A stretch of 64,000 nt of DNA from Eledone cirrhosa (Eukaryota): assembly GCA_964016885.1 (NCBI GenBank), contig OZ024756.1, forward strand, positions 16,368,001-16,432,000, given 5' to 3'. Below the pieces are notes generated by a model. It did no database searches, was not told the DNA's origin, and saw only the letters and a list, made by a program, of their open reading frames with translations. How positions within the stretch are numbered: the first letter of the stretch is position 1; each line of letters begins with the position of its first letter. Positions 1-43,489 of the stretch are shown piece after piece. The position numbers and the translations under genes were made by a program.

Positions 1-155
1 ACTTGTGACAATTATTGACACATAGTGCTGGGCCCATGGTACCATGTGATGACAAGTGCAGAGAGATCTCCAGATATAAAGCAATGCCTGTGCCGTGAAG
101 CTTTTATAGTGAGCAAAGGCACTGCACAAAGCCAGTCCCACTCTCTTAATCAAGA
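1..155. repeat. Dispersed repeat fragment, near-identical inverted copy of about 25490-25643
   Basis: ORFs 25..303(+) and 25380..25619(-) share about 43 nearly identical codons. Confidence 0.85.
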
Positions 156-303
156 TATTTACCAAATATACATACATACATACATACATACATACATACA
201 TACATACATACATACATACATACACACAGTTGTTGGTGTCAATATGACAGATATATTGTCATTGATGTTCACTATATTGTATTCCATCTTATATTTCATG
301 TAG

Positions 304-29750
<29,447 letters not shown>

Positions 29751-30544
29751 GATAAATTAATATTAAATATACACACACACACACACGCATATATATATAT
29801 ATATATATCTTTTCTGCCTTGTCTCACAACAGGACACTGCATCTAACCCTCACTACCGTGGAAAAATAGACATTAAACTGTGATGATGATATATATATAT
29901 ATATACACACGCACACATACATAATTTTTTATATAGAAATTACTTCTATGCAACTAGAGGACTGAAACTGTTTCTTAATCTTTAGGAGGCTGAATTTTTT
30001 TAATGAATTGCTTTCTTTGACATTGCATTGTGTATTAAGGGGAGATTACTCTATTGGCGACAAAAGGCGCCTAGAGTACGCTAAAGGTTAATATAAACAT
30101 TTCTGTAGTTTATGCCGAGAGTTGTCAGGATTAATCTCCTCATTTAATATTGTGAATCAGATACATATTGAAATACCTAGTATCAACCGACACTAAATAA
30201 ATATCTATACATAATATAAAAGAGAGATGATGGTTGATTCCTTCGCACATGACACAAAAACGAAAAGTGACAATCCAAAAGTAAGTACAGCAATGGAGTA
30301 AGGGTATAGCCAGGAATGTTTATTGATATTAATTTTATAACATCAAAGAAGAAGAAAAACATCCTGGGTATGCTAACCAATCTGACTGCTATTTCTAGCA
30401 GGTTGGGAATCAATCATAAGGGATTCTCTCTGCACGTTCCTTGTCAGCATCTCCAGTTCGAATGTTGCTTTACACACACACATACACAAGCACACACACA
30501 CACACACACACACAAACATACACACGCACATTTATATATAATTA

Positions 30545-31110
30545 TCTATATCTATATATAGTATGAAAGATTGAAACTACTCATCCTTTTTAGAAACCTG
30601 GATCAACCATGTCTATGCAATAACACACACTTTACAGCCAGGAGGATGATGAACCATCTACTAAAGGTCACTACTCTTGGAGGCAATCATCAAGGAGAAA
30701 ACGCATTTATTCCCAAGATTCCTCTTATTCCTTCCTCTACTGAGCTGCCATTCAAATTCTCAAGACTTCATTTCCCCGTTAGAGCCAGTTTTACTATGAC
30801 GTCAGGGTCAGAGTTTCAAAGTCAAGAGAATCATTTTCCACCCATGGACAGTTATATGTAGGTTGTTCACGAGTGGAAACACCTCGACATCTTCATATAC
30901 TATACATGAACGGTAAAACGAAGAATCTGGTGTATCGACGATTTTTTACAGTTTTATTTGTTGTTTTTTTCTTCTTTTTGTCACACACACACACACCACG
31001 GTCTCGCCTCGTACTGTAACCCAGACAATGCTTTCAATACAGTCATTTTCTCTTCTACCTGTTTTCTATTATCATTTGTTTACCCAGGTGAAGCTGGATG
31101 TGTCAGCTAG
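30545..31110 (+). mobile_element. Internally deleted Helitron with Pif1-like helicase C-terminal remnant
   Basis: RNLD..LCN, FIPKIPLIPS..LPFKFSRLHFPV, HGQLYVGCSRV, TKNLVY; 5' TC after A, subterminal hairpin and CTAG before T. Confidence 0.88.
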
Positions 31111-31123
31111 TATATATATATAA

Positions 31124-31174
<51 letters not shown>

Positions 31175-31337
31175 CAAGAAAACATGAAACGAACACACAA
31201 GAGGATGCATTAACATAGTCGTATTAGTTTCACGCTTCAAAGAAAGAGTGAGTTACACAATATATATAAAACCCATGGTAGTGTGGAAAATGGATGGTAA
31301 ACGGTGATGATGATTATACATATATATATATGTATAT

Positions 31338-32729
31338 ATGAAAGTGGCAGAAAGAATACTACCGCAACTAATTAGAGAAAGGGTCAAATTAGATGAGATG
31401 CAGTTTGGTTTTGTGCCTACAACAGATGCCCTCTTCTTAGTGAAACAACTACAAGAGAGGTTCTTAGAGAAGAATAAGCCATTGTACTTAGCTTTTGTTG
31501 ACCTACAGAAGGCCTTTGATAGAGTACCCTAATCTGTCATCTGGTGGTCCCTAAGGAAACTAGGTGTAGAGGAATGGCTTGTGAGGACAGTGCAAGCTAT
31601 GTACAGGGGTACTGACAGTAAAGTGAGAGTAGAAATGGAGTTTAGTGAAGAATTCTCGATACAAGTAGGAGTACATCAGGGTTCGGTCCTCAGCCCACTC
31701 TTATTCATTATAGTCCTCCAAGCCATAACAGAGGAGTTTAAGACTGGCTGCCCTTGGGAACTTCTCTATGCTGATGATCTGGTATTTATAGCAGAATCAG
31801 TAGAGGAGCTAGAGAATAAATTCTGGCTATGGAAACAGCAGTTGAAATCAAGAGGACTGAGAGTAAACCTAGCTAAGACAAAGGTGTTGATAAGTAAGAA
31901 AGATGACAAAACTCTGATTCCATCAGGGAAATGGCCATGTTCAATATGTAGGAAAGGAGTTGGCATAAATTCTATAAAATGTACACAATGCAGATCTTGG
32001 GTACACAAGAGATGTAGTGGAATAGCAGGCAAACTAACAGGTAGGGAAAACTACGTATGCAGTAGATGTACAGGGAAATTTGTCAGTAGAAGTCGCAGTG
32101 ATAGACACATTTTTCAAATGCGGGTAGGACCTATAAAGGTGGTTGATAGCTTCTGATACCTAGGTGATCAGATTAGCAAGGGAGGAGGGTGTTCCGAGGT
32201 CATAGTATCTAGAATAAGGATGAGTTGAAAGAAGTTTAGAGAACTGCTTCCTCTGTTGACAAAGAAGGGTTTCTCTCTACGAATGAAAGGCCAGTTATAT
32301 GATGCCTGTGTGAGATGCACAATGCTGCATGGTAGTGAGACATGGGCAGCAACTGCGGAAGATATGCGACGGCTGGAGAGAAATGAAGCAAGTATGCTCC
32401 GTTGGATGTGCAATGTCAATATGTGTGAACGACCAAGCATAGACAAGTTGAGAGAGAAACTGTGTATAAGAGGGATAGGCTGTAGTGTACAGGAGAGAAG
32501 ACTCCGTTGGTATGGACATGTGATGCGCATGGGGGATGATAGCTGGGTAAATAAATCCCAGTAGAAGAAGACCATGAAAAACATGGGCGGAGGTGGTGAG
32601 AGCAGACCTCAGATTGCTGAAGCTCACGGAGGAGATGAAAAAGGATTGTGACGAATGGAGAGATGCCATGCTTATTAAGACCCGTTCCACCCTTGCAAGC
32701 AGGGAAAAGTGGACATAAAATGATGATGA
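31338..32729 (+). mobile_element. RTE-clade LINE, RT domain to 3' end, with nonsense mutations
   Basis: QFGF, FVDLQKAFDRVP, GVHQGSVLSPLLF, LYADD, Cys-rich PHD-like insert CSIC..CTQC..WVHKRC; in-frame stops; (GAT)n tail. Confidence 0.95.
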
Positions 32730-33699
32730 TATATATATATATATAAATGGTTGTATAGGTGTCACAACAAAAACCACCCAGCTCACACTGTAAAGAAGTC
32801 GTGTAGGCATCACAACAAAAAGCACCCAATTCTCACTGTAAATGAGGTTGGCATTAGGAAGGGCATCCAGCTGTAGAAACCAAACCAGAATCAGTTCTGT
32901 GTGAGCAAGCATTGCCCACAACAGAACAACTCGTCTAACCCATGCTAGCATGGGAAAATGGACATTAAACGGTGATTGGACACTTGAATAGTTCCTTTAA
33001 CCCTTTAATGTTCAAACTGGCCAGAATTCTCTACCTTTTTCTCTTGAAACTGGCTGTAACTGGTCACTCAAACTGATGTTAAGGTATTGTTCTCAAAATA
33101 AATACTTTCAAAATCTCATAGATTCGATATTATGTGAGGTAAAGCCTTTACCATGAAAATATATTATATATAGAGTAATGTGAATGCTAAAGGGTTATTT
33201 TCCTCAGAAGAAGAGGTATTAATCTCGAAATATTAGGACATTTGAATAAATTAAGGCAAAAAAACCAACCCCTGTTTCTTACGATTGATTATTTTCAATC
33301 CAAACCCGCTTTGTCGTGTCTTTCAAACTTCAAATTCTTAATATATATATGTATATATATATTGAAAATAATTTGTTCTACGCATATACATAAACGTTTG
33401 TATTAGGATTTCATCATCATTGTTTTTTTTTTAATTGTATGTAGTCTTACGTACAATTCATTGTAATATATCTTGTATTTTTTAACTATCATAACTTACA
33501 ATTATCTGTTTTCATATTTGAAAACGAATTACTATATACTATATATATATGTATATATGTATATGTGTGTGTGTGTATGTTAAGTATTTCCGTAGAAATG
33601 GTAAAGGAAAGAAGAGTGCTCTATCTATAGTACAGAGCTATTTACATAATAAACAACACAATATAATTTTATAAAATTGTATTGTGTTGTTTATGTAAT

Positions 33700-33763
<64 letters not shown>

Positions 33764-34119
33764 CATATGAAATGAAATAATGAAAATTGTGTACAGTGCT
33801 CAGGTGCACTACAACTCATCAAAGGTACATGTAAAGTACATAGAATAATGTACAAATACCAGGAGAGTGAACAGTGTATGAGTCATGATATACACACAGA
33901 TACATGTGTGCATGTGTATGAAGGGGGAATATCAGGTGTAGTGTTGGAGAATTTCAGGAAGTTTTGAAGGATGCAGTGTCCATAAGTAATATCATTTTTT
34001 TACACTGTACTTGTTAAACAAGATTCACAGCTACATATAAATACTGCAGAGAAATAAAAGCTTCAGTTTTTGGCTTGCAGAAACATAAGTTTTAATTTGT
34101 ATTAATAATCCTCAGTTTG

Positions 34120-35535
34120 CTCAGGGAGAATTGCAAAAGTTGGTGCCAGCTTCAACATTCGGTAATCAGAAGGGAAGTAGGCATAAAAGCCAAACTCACT
34201 GTCTTCAATTCAGTAATCGTGCCAACTCTTATCTATGGTCATGAATCTTGGGTAATGACCAAAAGAATATGATCGCAAATACAAGTGGCCGAAATGTGGT
34301 TCCTAACAAAGGGTCTTTGGAGTAACGTTACTTGATAAAGTTCGTAGCTCAGAGATCAGAGAGTCACCCCAGGTAGAGCTGCTACTTCTCCGAATTGAAA
34401 GGTCACAGCTCCGATACTATGGATATATGGTTAGAATGTCTCAGGAAAAAAAATCGCTGGACAGATCTGTAGCTCGGAGATCAGAGAGTCACCCCAGGTA
34501 GAGCTGCTACTTCTCCGAATTGAAAGGTCACAGCTCCGATACTATGGATATATGGTTAGAATGTCTCAGGAAAAAATCGCTGGACAGATCTATAGCTCAG
34601 AGATCAGAGTCACTCGAGGTTGAGCCGCTACTTCTCTGAATTGAAAGGTCACAGCTCCGATACTATGGATATATGGTTAGAATGTCTCAGGAAAAAAATC
34701 ACTGGAGAGATCTATAGCTCAGAGATCAGAGAGTCACCCCAGGTAGAACTGCTACTTCTCCGAATTGAAAGGTCACAGCTCCGATACTATGGATATATGG
34801 TTAGAATGTCTCAGGAAAAAAAATCCCTGGACAGATCTGTAGCTCGGAGATCAGAGAGTCACCCCAGGTAGAGCTGCTACTTCTCCGAATTGAAAGGTCA
34901 CAGCTCCGATACTATTGATATATGGTTAGAATGTCTCAGGAAAAAATCGCTGGACAGATCTGTAGCTCAGAGATCAGAGAGTCACCCCAGGTAGAGCTGC
35001 TACTTCTCCGAATTGAAAGGTCACAGCTCCGATACTATGGATATATGGTTAGAATGTCTCAGGAAAAAAAATCGCTGGACAGATCTGTAGCTCGGAGATC
35101 AGAGAGTCACCCCAGGTAGAGCTGCTACTTCTCCGAATTGAAAGGTCACAGCTCCGATACAATGGATATATGGTTAGAATGTCTCAGGAAAAAAAATCGC
35201 TGGACAGATCTGTAGCTCAGAGATCAGAGAGTCACCCCAGGTAGAGCTGCTACTTCTCCGAATTGAAAGGTCACAGCTCCGATACTATGGATATATGGTT
35301 AGAATGTCTCAGGAAAAAAAATCGCTGGACAGATCTGTAGCTCGGAGATCAGAGAGTCACCCCAGGTAGAGCTGCTACTTCTCCGAATTGAATTGAAAGG
35401 TCACAGTTCCGATACTATGGACATGTGGTTAGAATGTCTCAGGAAAGAATCGCTGGACAGATTTTACATGCGAAACCAACCGGCAGGAGACCCAGGAGTA
35501 GACCTTGAGCAAGATGGTTGAATAACATCCACGAC
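34120..35535 (+). mobile_element. RTE-like LINE fragment (third family) with about 9 x 123-125-bp tandem amplification
   Basis: PTLIYGHESWVMT, LLLRIERSQLRYYGHVVRM, TGRRPRSRP; array about 34344-35461. Confidence 0.88.
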
Positions 35536-37539
35536 TGTAGTATTAAAAAAAAGAAAAAAGTAAGCTATTTATTGTTTAAATTTTAAACAATAAATAGCTT
35601 GTTTTTTTTCTTTTTTTTTACAAATATATTGCATATGTATATTAAGCATTTATATAGAGATTTATAATAAAAACATCTATGAGCTTGTGTAGATTCTACG
35701 CAATCTCATAGATGTCTTTATTCTTATTGGCAAAATCACATTCTTTTTACATCTATGTTACTAATGATAAACTAACATCATCACCATCATTGTTTAATGT
35801 CCACTTTCTCTGCTAGTAAGGTTTGGATGTATCATCACGGACTGATGGTGGGGGGGCGCTGAAGGTATTACCTAGCCGTGAGGGGGGGGGGGGGTGCAAA
35901 AGTTTGAGAACCTCTGTTCTATAGTCTATCGAAAGAGTTTTATCATTTTCTCCAACACTCATAGTGCAAGAATTACATGTTCCATGACTAAGGAACTTAG
36001 CTGGGACTGTCTGATTTCTGTAGGAATGGTGTAAGAAACATTTTACAGTGTTCGAAGAATGTTATTGATTTAGATGGAGTATATATACTTGATTAAATTA
36101 TTGCGTGACTTCTGCTTTTTATCTCTTCAAAACCTACTAGCAAAAACAACATTACTTATGGGATGAACTGGTGGATGTATATGTATATAGACATATAGGA
36201 GTGAAGGTTTATTCCAAGTATCAACAAATGTTTCATTGGTCCGGTGTGTCTAAAAACCTGCTACCAGCAGTGTTACGTGACAATCGATTTTAAGTACAGT
36301 TTACCCCAACCAAATTCTCAAAATACTATTTTGGTTAAGTAAAAAAAAAAAAACGAAATGTCACTGGACCGAGACCTTTGGCGGTACTCAGTAATAGAGA
36401 AGACCCGCCTTACCTAAATACATAGTAAAACCTACTACAGTCAGTAGGCATCTCTAACAAAATACACCCCCGCCCCACCACCCCCACCCCATCCACGCCG
36501 CCCCCTTCTACGTAAAGTTATGTTGGTGCCACACCATCCAGGCCGAAACAAATGAGATCGTGTAGGTGTCACGACAAAAAAACACACAGTCCACGCTGTA
36601 AATGTGGCCGTGTAGGCAACACGGTAAAAACCTCCCAGACCCACACTGTAAATGTGGTTGGTGTTAGGAAGGGCATCCAACTGTAGAAAACCTGCCAGAC
36701 AGTCCTATGCGAGCAAGACAATCACTCTTGCCTCAAGTGGGAAAACCCCCCGTCCAAACCCATGCAAGCGTGGAACACGGACGTTAAACGATGATGATGA
36801 TGATGATGATATATATATATATATGGTTTGTTTTTTTTACTTTACTTGAACTTCCTTTTATTTTCTGTATCTATCTTTTGTGATCCTGTCTCTTTTCAGT
36901 ACTCCCGAAGAAGGACTAAAGCCCGACACAGCAAACTTTCTTTCCCCTTTTCCATATAAAGCGTGAAACTAATAAGACTTCTGTTTGTTGTTTCCTTGAA
37001 CTATATATATATATATATATATATAGCGAGGGAAAAGTGGTAAGGAACCAGGTGGACCATAACGCACCAAAGTACTCAATACTTAAGGTAGTAGAGTGGG
37101 TAATAGGAGTAAGTAAGACCCCGTACAGAATTAGCCGTCGAAACGGCTTGAGCTCAGCCGTCGGGGTCTTACTTACTCCTATTATATATATATATATATA
37201 TATAGAAACAGAGAGAGAGAGTGGATGGAGATATAGATAGAAGAGAAAGATAGGGAGATATATAGATAGAAGAGAGAGGGAGATATATATATATAGAGAG
37301 AGAGAGAGATGAAGCAGGCATATGCCAGAAGTTTGTCATGCACAGTCAATTTAATTTTAAAAGCTTATTTACTGTTTGTGGCAAGTAGAATAGTGTGACA
37401 GGGGTGAGGCTGAAGGGAAGGAGAGCAGGCAGACAGACAACCATACAGGAGTGAAGGAGAGGTAACGGTGGTGGTTGAGATTAGTGGGAGGGAGAGACTG
37501 AAAGTAGTATGGGGAGCGGGGAGGGGAGGGGGGGGGGGG

Positions 37540-39117
37540 GGGACAGACTGACAGAAAGGTGAGAGGAGTGAGGAAGAGAGAGAGAGACTGACTGACTGAC
37601 TGACAGACAGACAGACAGAAAGGTAAGAGGAAGAGAGAGAGAGACTGACTGACTGACAGACAGAAAGGTAAGAGGAAGAGAGAGAGAGACTGACTGACTG
37701 ACAGACAGAAAGGTAAGAGGAAGAGAGAGAGAGACTGACTGACTGACAGACAGAAAGGTAAGAGGAAGAGAGAGAGAGACTGACTGACTGACAGACAGAA
37801 AGGTAAGAGGAAGAGAGAGAGAGACAGACTGACTGACAGACAGACAGACAAACTGACAGAAAGGTGAGAGGAGAGACAATAGAGTTCCGGTAAAGGAAGA
37901 AGGGGAAGATATGAAGGAAAGGAAAGAGAAGAGGAAGGAGTGTGACTGTGAAGGAAGCGAGGAGGGGAGGGGGAAGAACTGTTGTATTGGTCATGTTAGT
38001 TCTACCACCACCACCACCACCATTTGTCTCATGTTTATTGATGTCGTTGGCAGGTGGTCTGATAACGTACACCCTCGCCCCCATCTTGTTTAGCCATCTG
38101 TCTGTCTATCTAGCTAGCTAGCTGTCTGTCTATCTATCTACTTACCTAACTATCTATCTATCTATATAAAATCCCCGGCATGTCTTTGTATTGTCCCCTT
38201 TTCTTGTGCGCCCTTGTGGCTAATAAAGAAATCTATCTATCTATCTATCTATCTACTTATCTATCTGTCTGTCTATCTATCTATCTATCTACTTATCTAT
38301 CTATTATCTATTTACTTATCTATATGTCTTGTATTGTCCCCTTTTCTTGTTGCGCCCTTGTGGCTAATAAAGAAATCTATCTATTTACTTATCTATATGT
38401 CTCTTTTACTCTTTTATGTCTGTCTATCTATCTATCTACTTGTCCCCTTCTTTTGTGCCACTGTGGCTAATAAAGAAACATATCTATCTACTTACCTAAC
38501 TATCTATCTATCTACTTACCTATCTATTGTATGTAAACTTCCCCCTTTGTATTTGTCCCCTTCTTTTGTGCCCCTGTGGCTAATAAAGAAACATAGCTAT
38601 CTATCTAGCTCTCTATTTATTTTCTCTGTGATGTATATGTCATATTTTTGTCTCTCTCAATCTCTCACCTTTCTCTTGTTAGCTCTCTCTCTCTCTCAAT
38701 CTTTCACCTTTCTCTTGTTAGCTCTCTCTCACTCTCTCACCTTTCTCTTGTTAGCTCTCTCTCTCTCTCTCAATCTCTCACCTTTCTCTTGTTAGCTCTC
38801 TCTCTCCCAATCTCTCACCTTTCTCTTGTTAGCTCTCTCTCTCTCTCAATCTCTCACCTTTCTCTTGTTAGCTCTCTCTCTCTCAATCTCTCACTCTCTC
38901 ACCTTTCTCTTGTTAGCTCTCTCTCTCTCAATCTCTCACTCTCTCACCTTTCTCTTGTTAGCTCTCTCTCTCTCAATCTCTCACCTTTCTCTTGTTAGCT
39001 CTCTCTCTCTCTCTCTCTCTCAATCTCTCACCTTTCTCTTGTTAGCTCTCTCTCTCTCAATCTCTCACCTTTCTCTTGTTAGCTCTCTCTCTCTCAATCT
39101 CTCACCTTTCTCTTGTT

Positions 39118-39150
<33 letters not shown>
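37540..39150. repeat. Compound (GA)/(GACT)/(ATCT)/(CT) minisatellite block
   Basis: About 44-bp units 37540-37875; tctctcacctttctcttgttagc units 38650-39125. Confidence 0.85.
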
Positions 39151-39157
<7 letters not shown>

Positions 39158-39567
39158 ATATATATATGTATATAATCAAACTGCCTGTTTGCCATCTCCC
39201 TTGTTTACTTCCATTCTTTCCCTATTGTCAGTCTGTGTGTGTGTATATATACATACATACACACGCGCGCACGCACACACATACACATATATATGTACAC
39301 AAGCACACACACACAAACTGACACACACACACATATATATGTATATGTATATAACTAGCTCCCTCTCTCTCTCTATATATATATGTATATATGTATGTGT
39401 ATGTCTATGTATATACATGTGTATGTATGTAAATAACTAGCTCTCTCTATATGTGTATGTGAATGTCTATGTATATACATGTGTATGTATGTAAATAACT
39501 AGCTCTCTCTATATGCGTATGGGAGTGTGTATGTATATGTGCCTGTATTAGTCTGTATGTGAGTAGT

Positions 39568-39613
<46 letters not shown>

Positions 39614-39894
39614 AATAACTACCTCACTCTTTATGTCTGTGTTTCTTCCTATTTTGAAGTCTTTTTCTTTTCATGTTGACAATTATTTTACCTGTGACTC
39701 TAATCAAGCCCCACCACCACCACCACCACCACTGCCACCACCACCACTGCCACCACCGCCACCACCACACTATAGGCTTCCTTGTTCAACTATCCATCTT
39801 ATTAAAATACACACAACTGTGAAAGACCCACAGATGGATGAAAGACATTTGTGATGTTCCTGCCTTTTTGAGGAGGGGGTAGTGTCATCATAAT

Positions 39895-41955
39895 CATCAT
39901 CATCATCATCGTCGTCGTTTAATGTCCATCTTCCACGCTTGCATGGGTTTGGACGGGAGTTTTCCCACTTGAGGCAAGAGTGGTTGTCTTGCTCGCATAG
40001 GACTGTCTGGCGGGTTTTCTACGGTTGGGTGCCCTTCCTAACACCAACCACGTTTACAGTGTGGGGCTGGGAGGTTTTTACCGTGTTACCTACACGGCCA
40101 CATTACAGCGTGGACTGTGTGGCGGGTTTTCTACGGTTGGATGCCCTTCCTAACACCAACCACGTTTACAGTGTGGGGCTGGGAGGTTTTTACTGTGTTA
40201 CCTACACGGCCACATTACAGCGTGGACTGTCTGGCGGATTTTCTACGGCTGGATGCCCTTCCTAACACCAACCACGTTTACAGTGTGGAACTGGGAGGTT
40301 TTTACCGTGTTGCCTACACGGCCACATTACAGCGTGGACTGTCTGGCGGGTTTTCTACGGCTGGATGCCCTTCCTAACACCAACCACGTTTACAGTGTGG
40401 AACTGGGAGGTTTTTACCGTGTTGCCTACACGGCCACATTACAGCGTGGACTGTCTGGCGGGTTTTCTACGGCTGGATGCCCTTCCTAACACCAACCACG
40501 TTTACAGTGTGGAACTGGGAGGTTTTTACCGTGTTACCTACACGGCCACATTACAGCGTGGACTGTCTGGCGGGTTTTCTACGGCTGGGTGCCCTTCCTA
40601 ACACCAACCACGTTTACAGTGTGGAACTGGGAGGTTTTTACCGTGTTACCTACACGGCCACATTACAGCGTGGACTGTCTGGCGGGTTTTCTACGGCTGG
40701 GTGCCCTTCCTAACACCAACCACGTTTACAGTGTGGAACTGGGAGGTTTTTACCGTGTTGCCTACACGGCCACATTACAGCGTGGACTGTCTGGCGGGTT
40801 TTCTACGGCTGGATGCCCTTCCTAACACCAACCACGTTTACAGTGTGGAACTGGGAGGTTTTTACCGTGTTGCCTACACGGCCACATTACAGCGTGGACT
40901 GTCTGGCGGGTTTTCTACGGCTGGATGCCCTTCCTAACACCAACCACGTTTACAGTGTGGAACTGGGAGGTTTTTACCGTGTTACCTACACGGCCACATT
41001 ACAGCGTGGAGTGTCTGGCGGGTTTTCTACGGCTGGATGCCCTTCCTAACACCAACCACGTTTACAGTGTGGAACTGGGAGGTTTTTACCATGTTGCCTA
41101 CACGGCCACATTACAGCGTGGACTGTCTGGCGGGTTTTCTACGGCTGGATGCCCTTCCTAACACCAACCACGTTTACAGTGTGGGGCTGGGAGGTTTTCA
41201 CCGTGTTACCTACACGGCCACATTACAGCGTGGACTGTGTGGCGGGTTTTCTACGGCTGGATGCCCTTCCTAACACCAACCATGTTTACAGTGTGGGGCT
41301 GGGAGGTTTTTACTGTGTTACCTACACGGCCACATTACAGCGTGGACTGTGTGGCGGGTTTTCTACGGCTGGATGCCCTTCCTAACACCAACCACGTTTA
41401 CAGTGTGGAACTGGGAGGTTTTTACCGTGTTACCTACACGGCCACATTACAGCGTGGACTGTCTGGCGGGTTTTCTACGGCTGGGTGCCCTTCCTAACAC
41501 CAACCACGTTTACAGTGTGGGGCTGGGAGGTTTTTACTGTGTTACCTACACGGCCACATTACAGACGTGGACTGTCTGGCGGGTTTTCTACGGCTGGGTG
41601 CCCTTCCTAACACCAACCACGTTTACAGTGTGGGGCTGGGAGGTTTTTACCGTGTTACCTACACGGCCACATTACAGCATGGACTGTGTGGCGGGTTTTC
41701 TATGGCTGGATGCCCTTCCTAACACCAACCACGTTTACAGTGTGGGGCTGGGAGGTTTTTACCGTGTTACCTACACGGCCACATTACAGCGTGGACTGTG
41801 TGGCGGGTTTTCTACGGCTGGATGCCCTTCCTAACACCAACCATGTTTACAGTGTGGAACTGGGAGGTTTTTACCGTGTTACCTACCTGGCCACATTACA
41901 AGCGTGGACTGTGTGTTTTTTTGTCGTGACACCTACACGACCTCGTTTGTTTCGG
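39895..41955 (-). mobile_element. SINE with RTE-like (GAT)n tail containing about 17 x 112-bp internal tandem amplification
   Basis: Unamplified copies at about 36520-36810 and 42660-42960; core ggatgcccttcctaacaccaacc also at about 5070, 22000, 29110, 32750, 47940, 62810. Confidence 0.88.
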
Positions 41956-42289
41956 ATTACTGTGTATTACTGTGTAAGTGGAATGATGTTGGTACAGCTC
42001 AGGATTGAAACCTGGCCCACATATTGCGCAGGGGCGTACCTGTGTCATTCTGGATGGTTATATATATAATTATAATAATGGTTTCTTATATAGGCACAAG
42101 GCCAGCAATTTGGGGAGAGGGGAAAGTCGATTAAATCGACTCCAGTGCGTGACTGGTACTTTATTTTATCGACCCCGTAAGGATGAAAGGCAAAGTTAAC
42201 CTCGGCGGGATTTGAACTCAGAATGGCAAGGACCGTAACTCTATGCGTCAAAGCATGGCGTCCGACCCTCTACCAATACTGCCAATATA

Positions 42290-42578
42290 ATAATAATAAT
42301 AATAATAATAATGAAATATTGTGTACAGTGCTCAGGTGCACTACAACTCATCAAAAAGTGTATGTATAGTACATAGGGTAATGTACAAACGTCAGGAAAA
42401 TGAACAGTGCATGAGTCATGATATACACACATGTGCATGTGTATGGAAGGGGTACATCAGGCGTAGTTTTGGCGTATTTCGGGAAGCATGAATGTCTTAA
42501 AGGATGCAGTGTCTCGGCAGCTAACAACTGACGCAGGCAGTTTGTTCCATGCTTCAGCAACTCTGAGCGTGAAAAAAT
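42290..42578 (-). mobile_element. CR1-like LINE 3' end; shorter copies at about 1470-1745 and 33775-33980
   Basis: FFTLRVAEAWNKLPASVV ORF2 C-terminal motif; (ATT)n tail. Confidence 0.8.
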
Positions 42579-43489
42579 ATATTATTACATTTGCCTTCCC
42601 ACTACCCCTACTCTACCCCCTCCCCCCACTCACCCCAACACCACCCTTTTCTCTGTAGTAAAGTTATGTTGGTACCACAACATCCAGTCCAAAATAAATG
42701 AGGTCGTGTAGGTATCACAACAACAACAAAAAAAACACACAGTCCACGCTGTAATGTGGCCCTATAGGTAAAAACCTCCCAGTCCACACTGTAAACGTGG
42801 TTGGTGTTAGGAAGGGCATCCAGTCGTAGAAAACCTGCCAGACAGTCCTATACGAGCGAGACACAGTCTCCCGACCATTCTTGCCTCAAGTAGGACAACT
42901 CCCGTCTAAACCCATGCTAGCGTGGAAGATAGACGTTAAACGATGATGATGATGATGATGACTGTATATTTCTCTAAATATAGTTTTTTCAAAGAATCCC
43001 TGTCCTTAAAATCCCTTGGCCAATGACCTCTACCCATCCCTATCACCACCTTCCTGAACCACCAGAAAACGTATTAAACGTGGGAAAATGCTGTGCTGAG
43101 AAGGGCCTGTCCAACCCATGCAAGCGTGGAAGAGCAGATGTAAAAACGCTGATAATGATAATATATATATATTTGAGTGTGTGTGTGTGTGAAAAGTAAA
43201 CGGAAAACAACACAGCAAACAATACAGTACAATGAAGATATATATATTAGTTTTACCCTTTAGCATTTTAACCGGCTGTATCTGACCAGAATTCTCTCAC
43301 CTCTTTCTGTTCCAGTCAGCTGTAACTAGCCACTCATATTGACGTTAAGGTATTGTTCTCAAAATAAATATCAAAATCTCATAGCTTCGATATTATGTGG
43401 GATAATTATGTGAAATAAAGTGTTTACCATGAAAATACAATTGTAAATATAGAGTAATGTAAATGCTAAAGGGTTAATGCTTGATTTAG

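Noticed and set aside
39939-41834. Series of 78-aa ORFs and CRISPR-like periodicity
   Set aside because: 112-bp tandem copies of a SINE segment with no unique spacers and no cas genes; eukaryotic context
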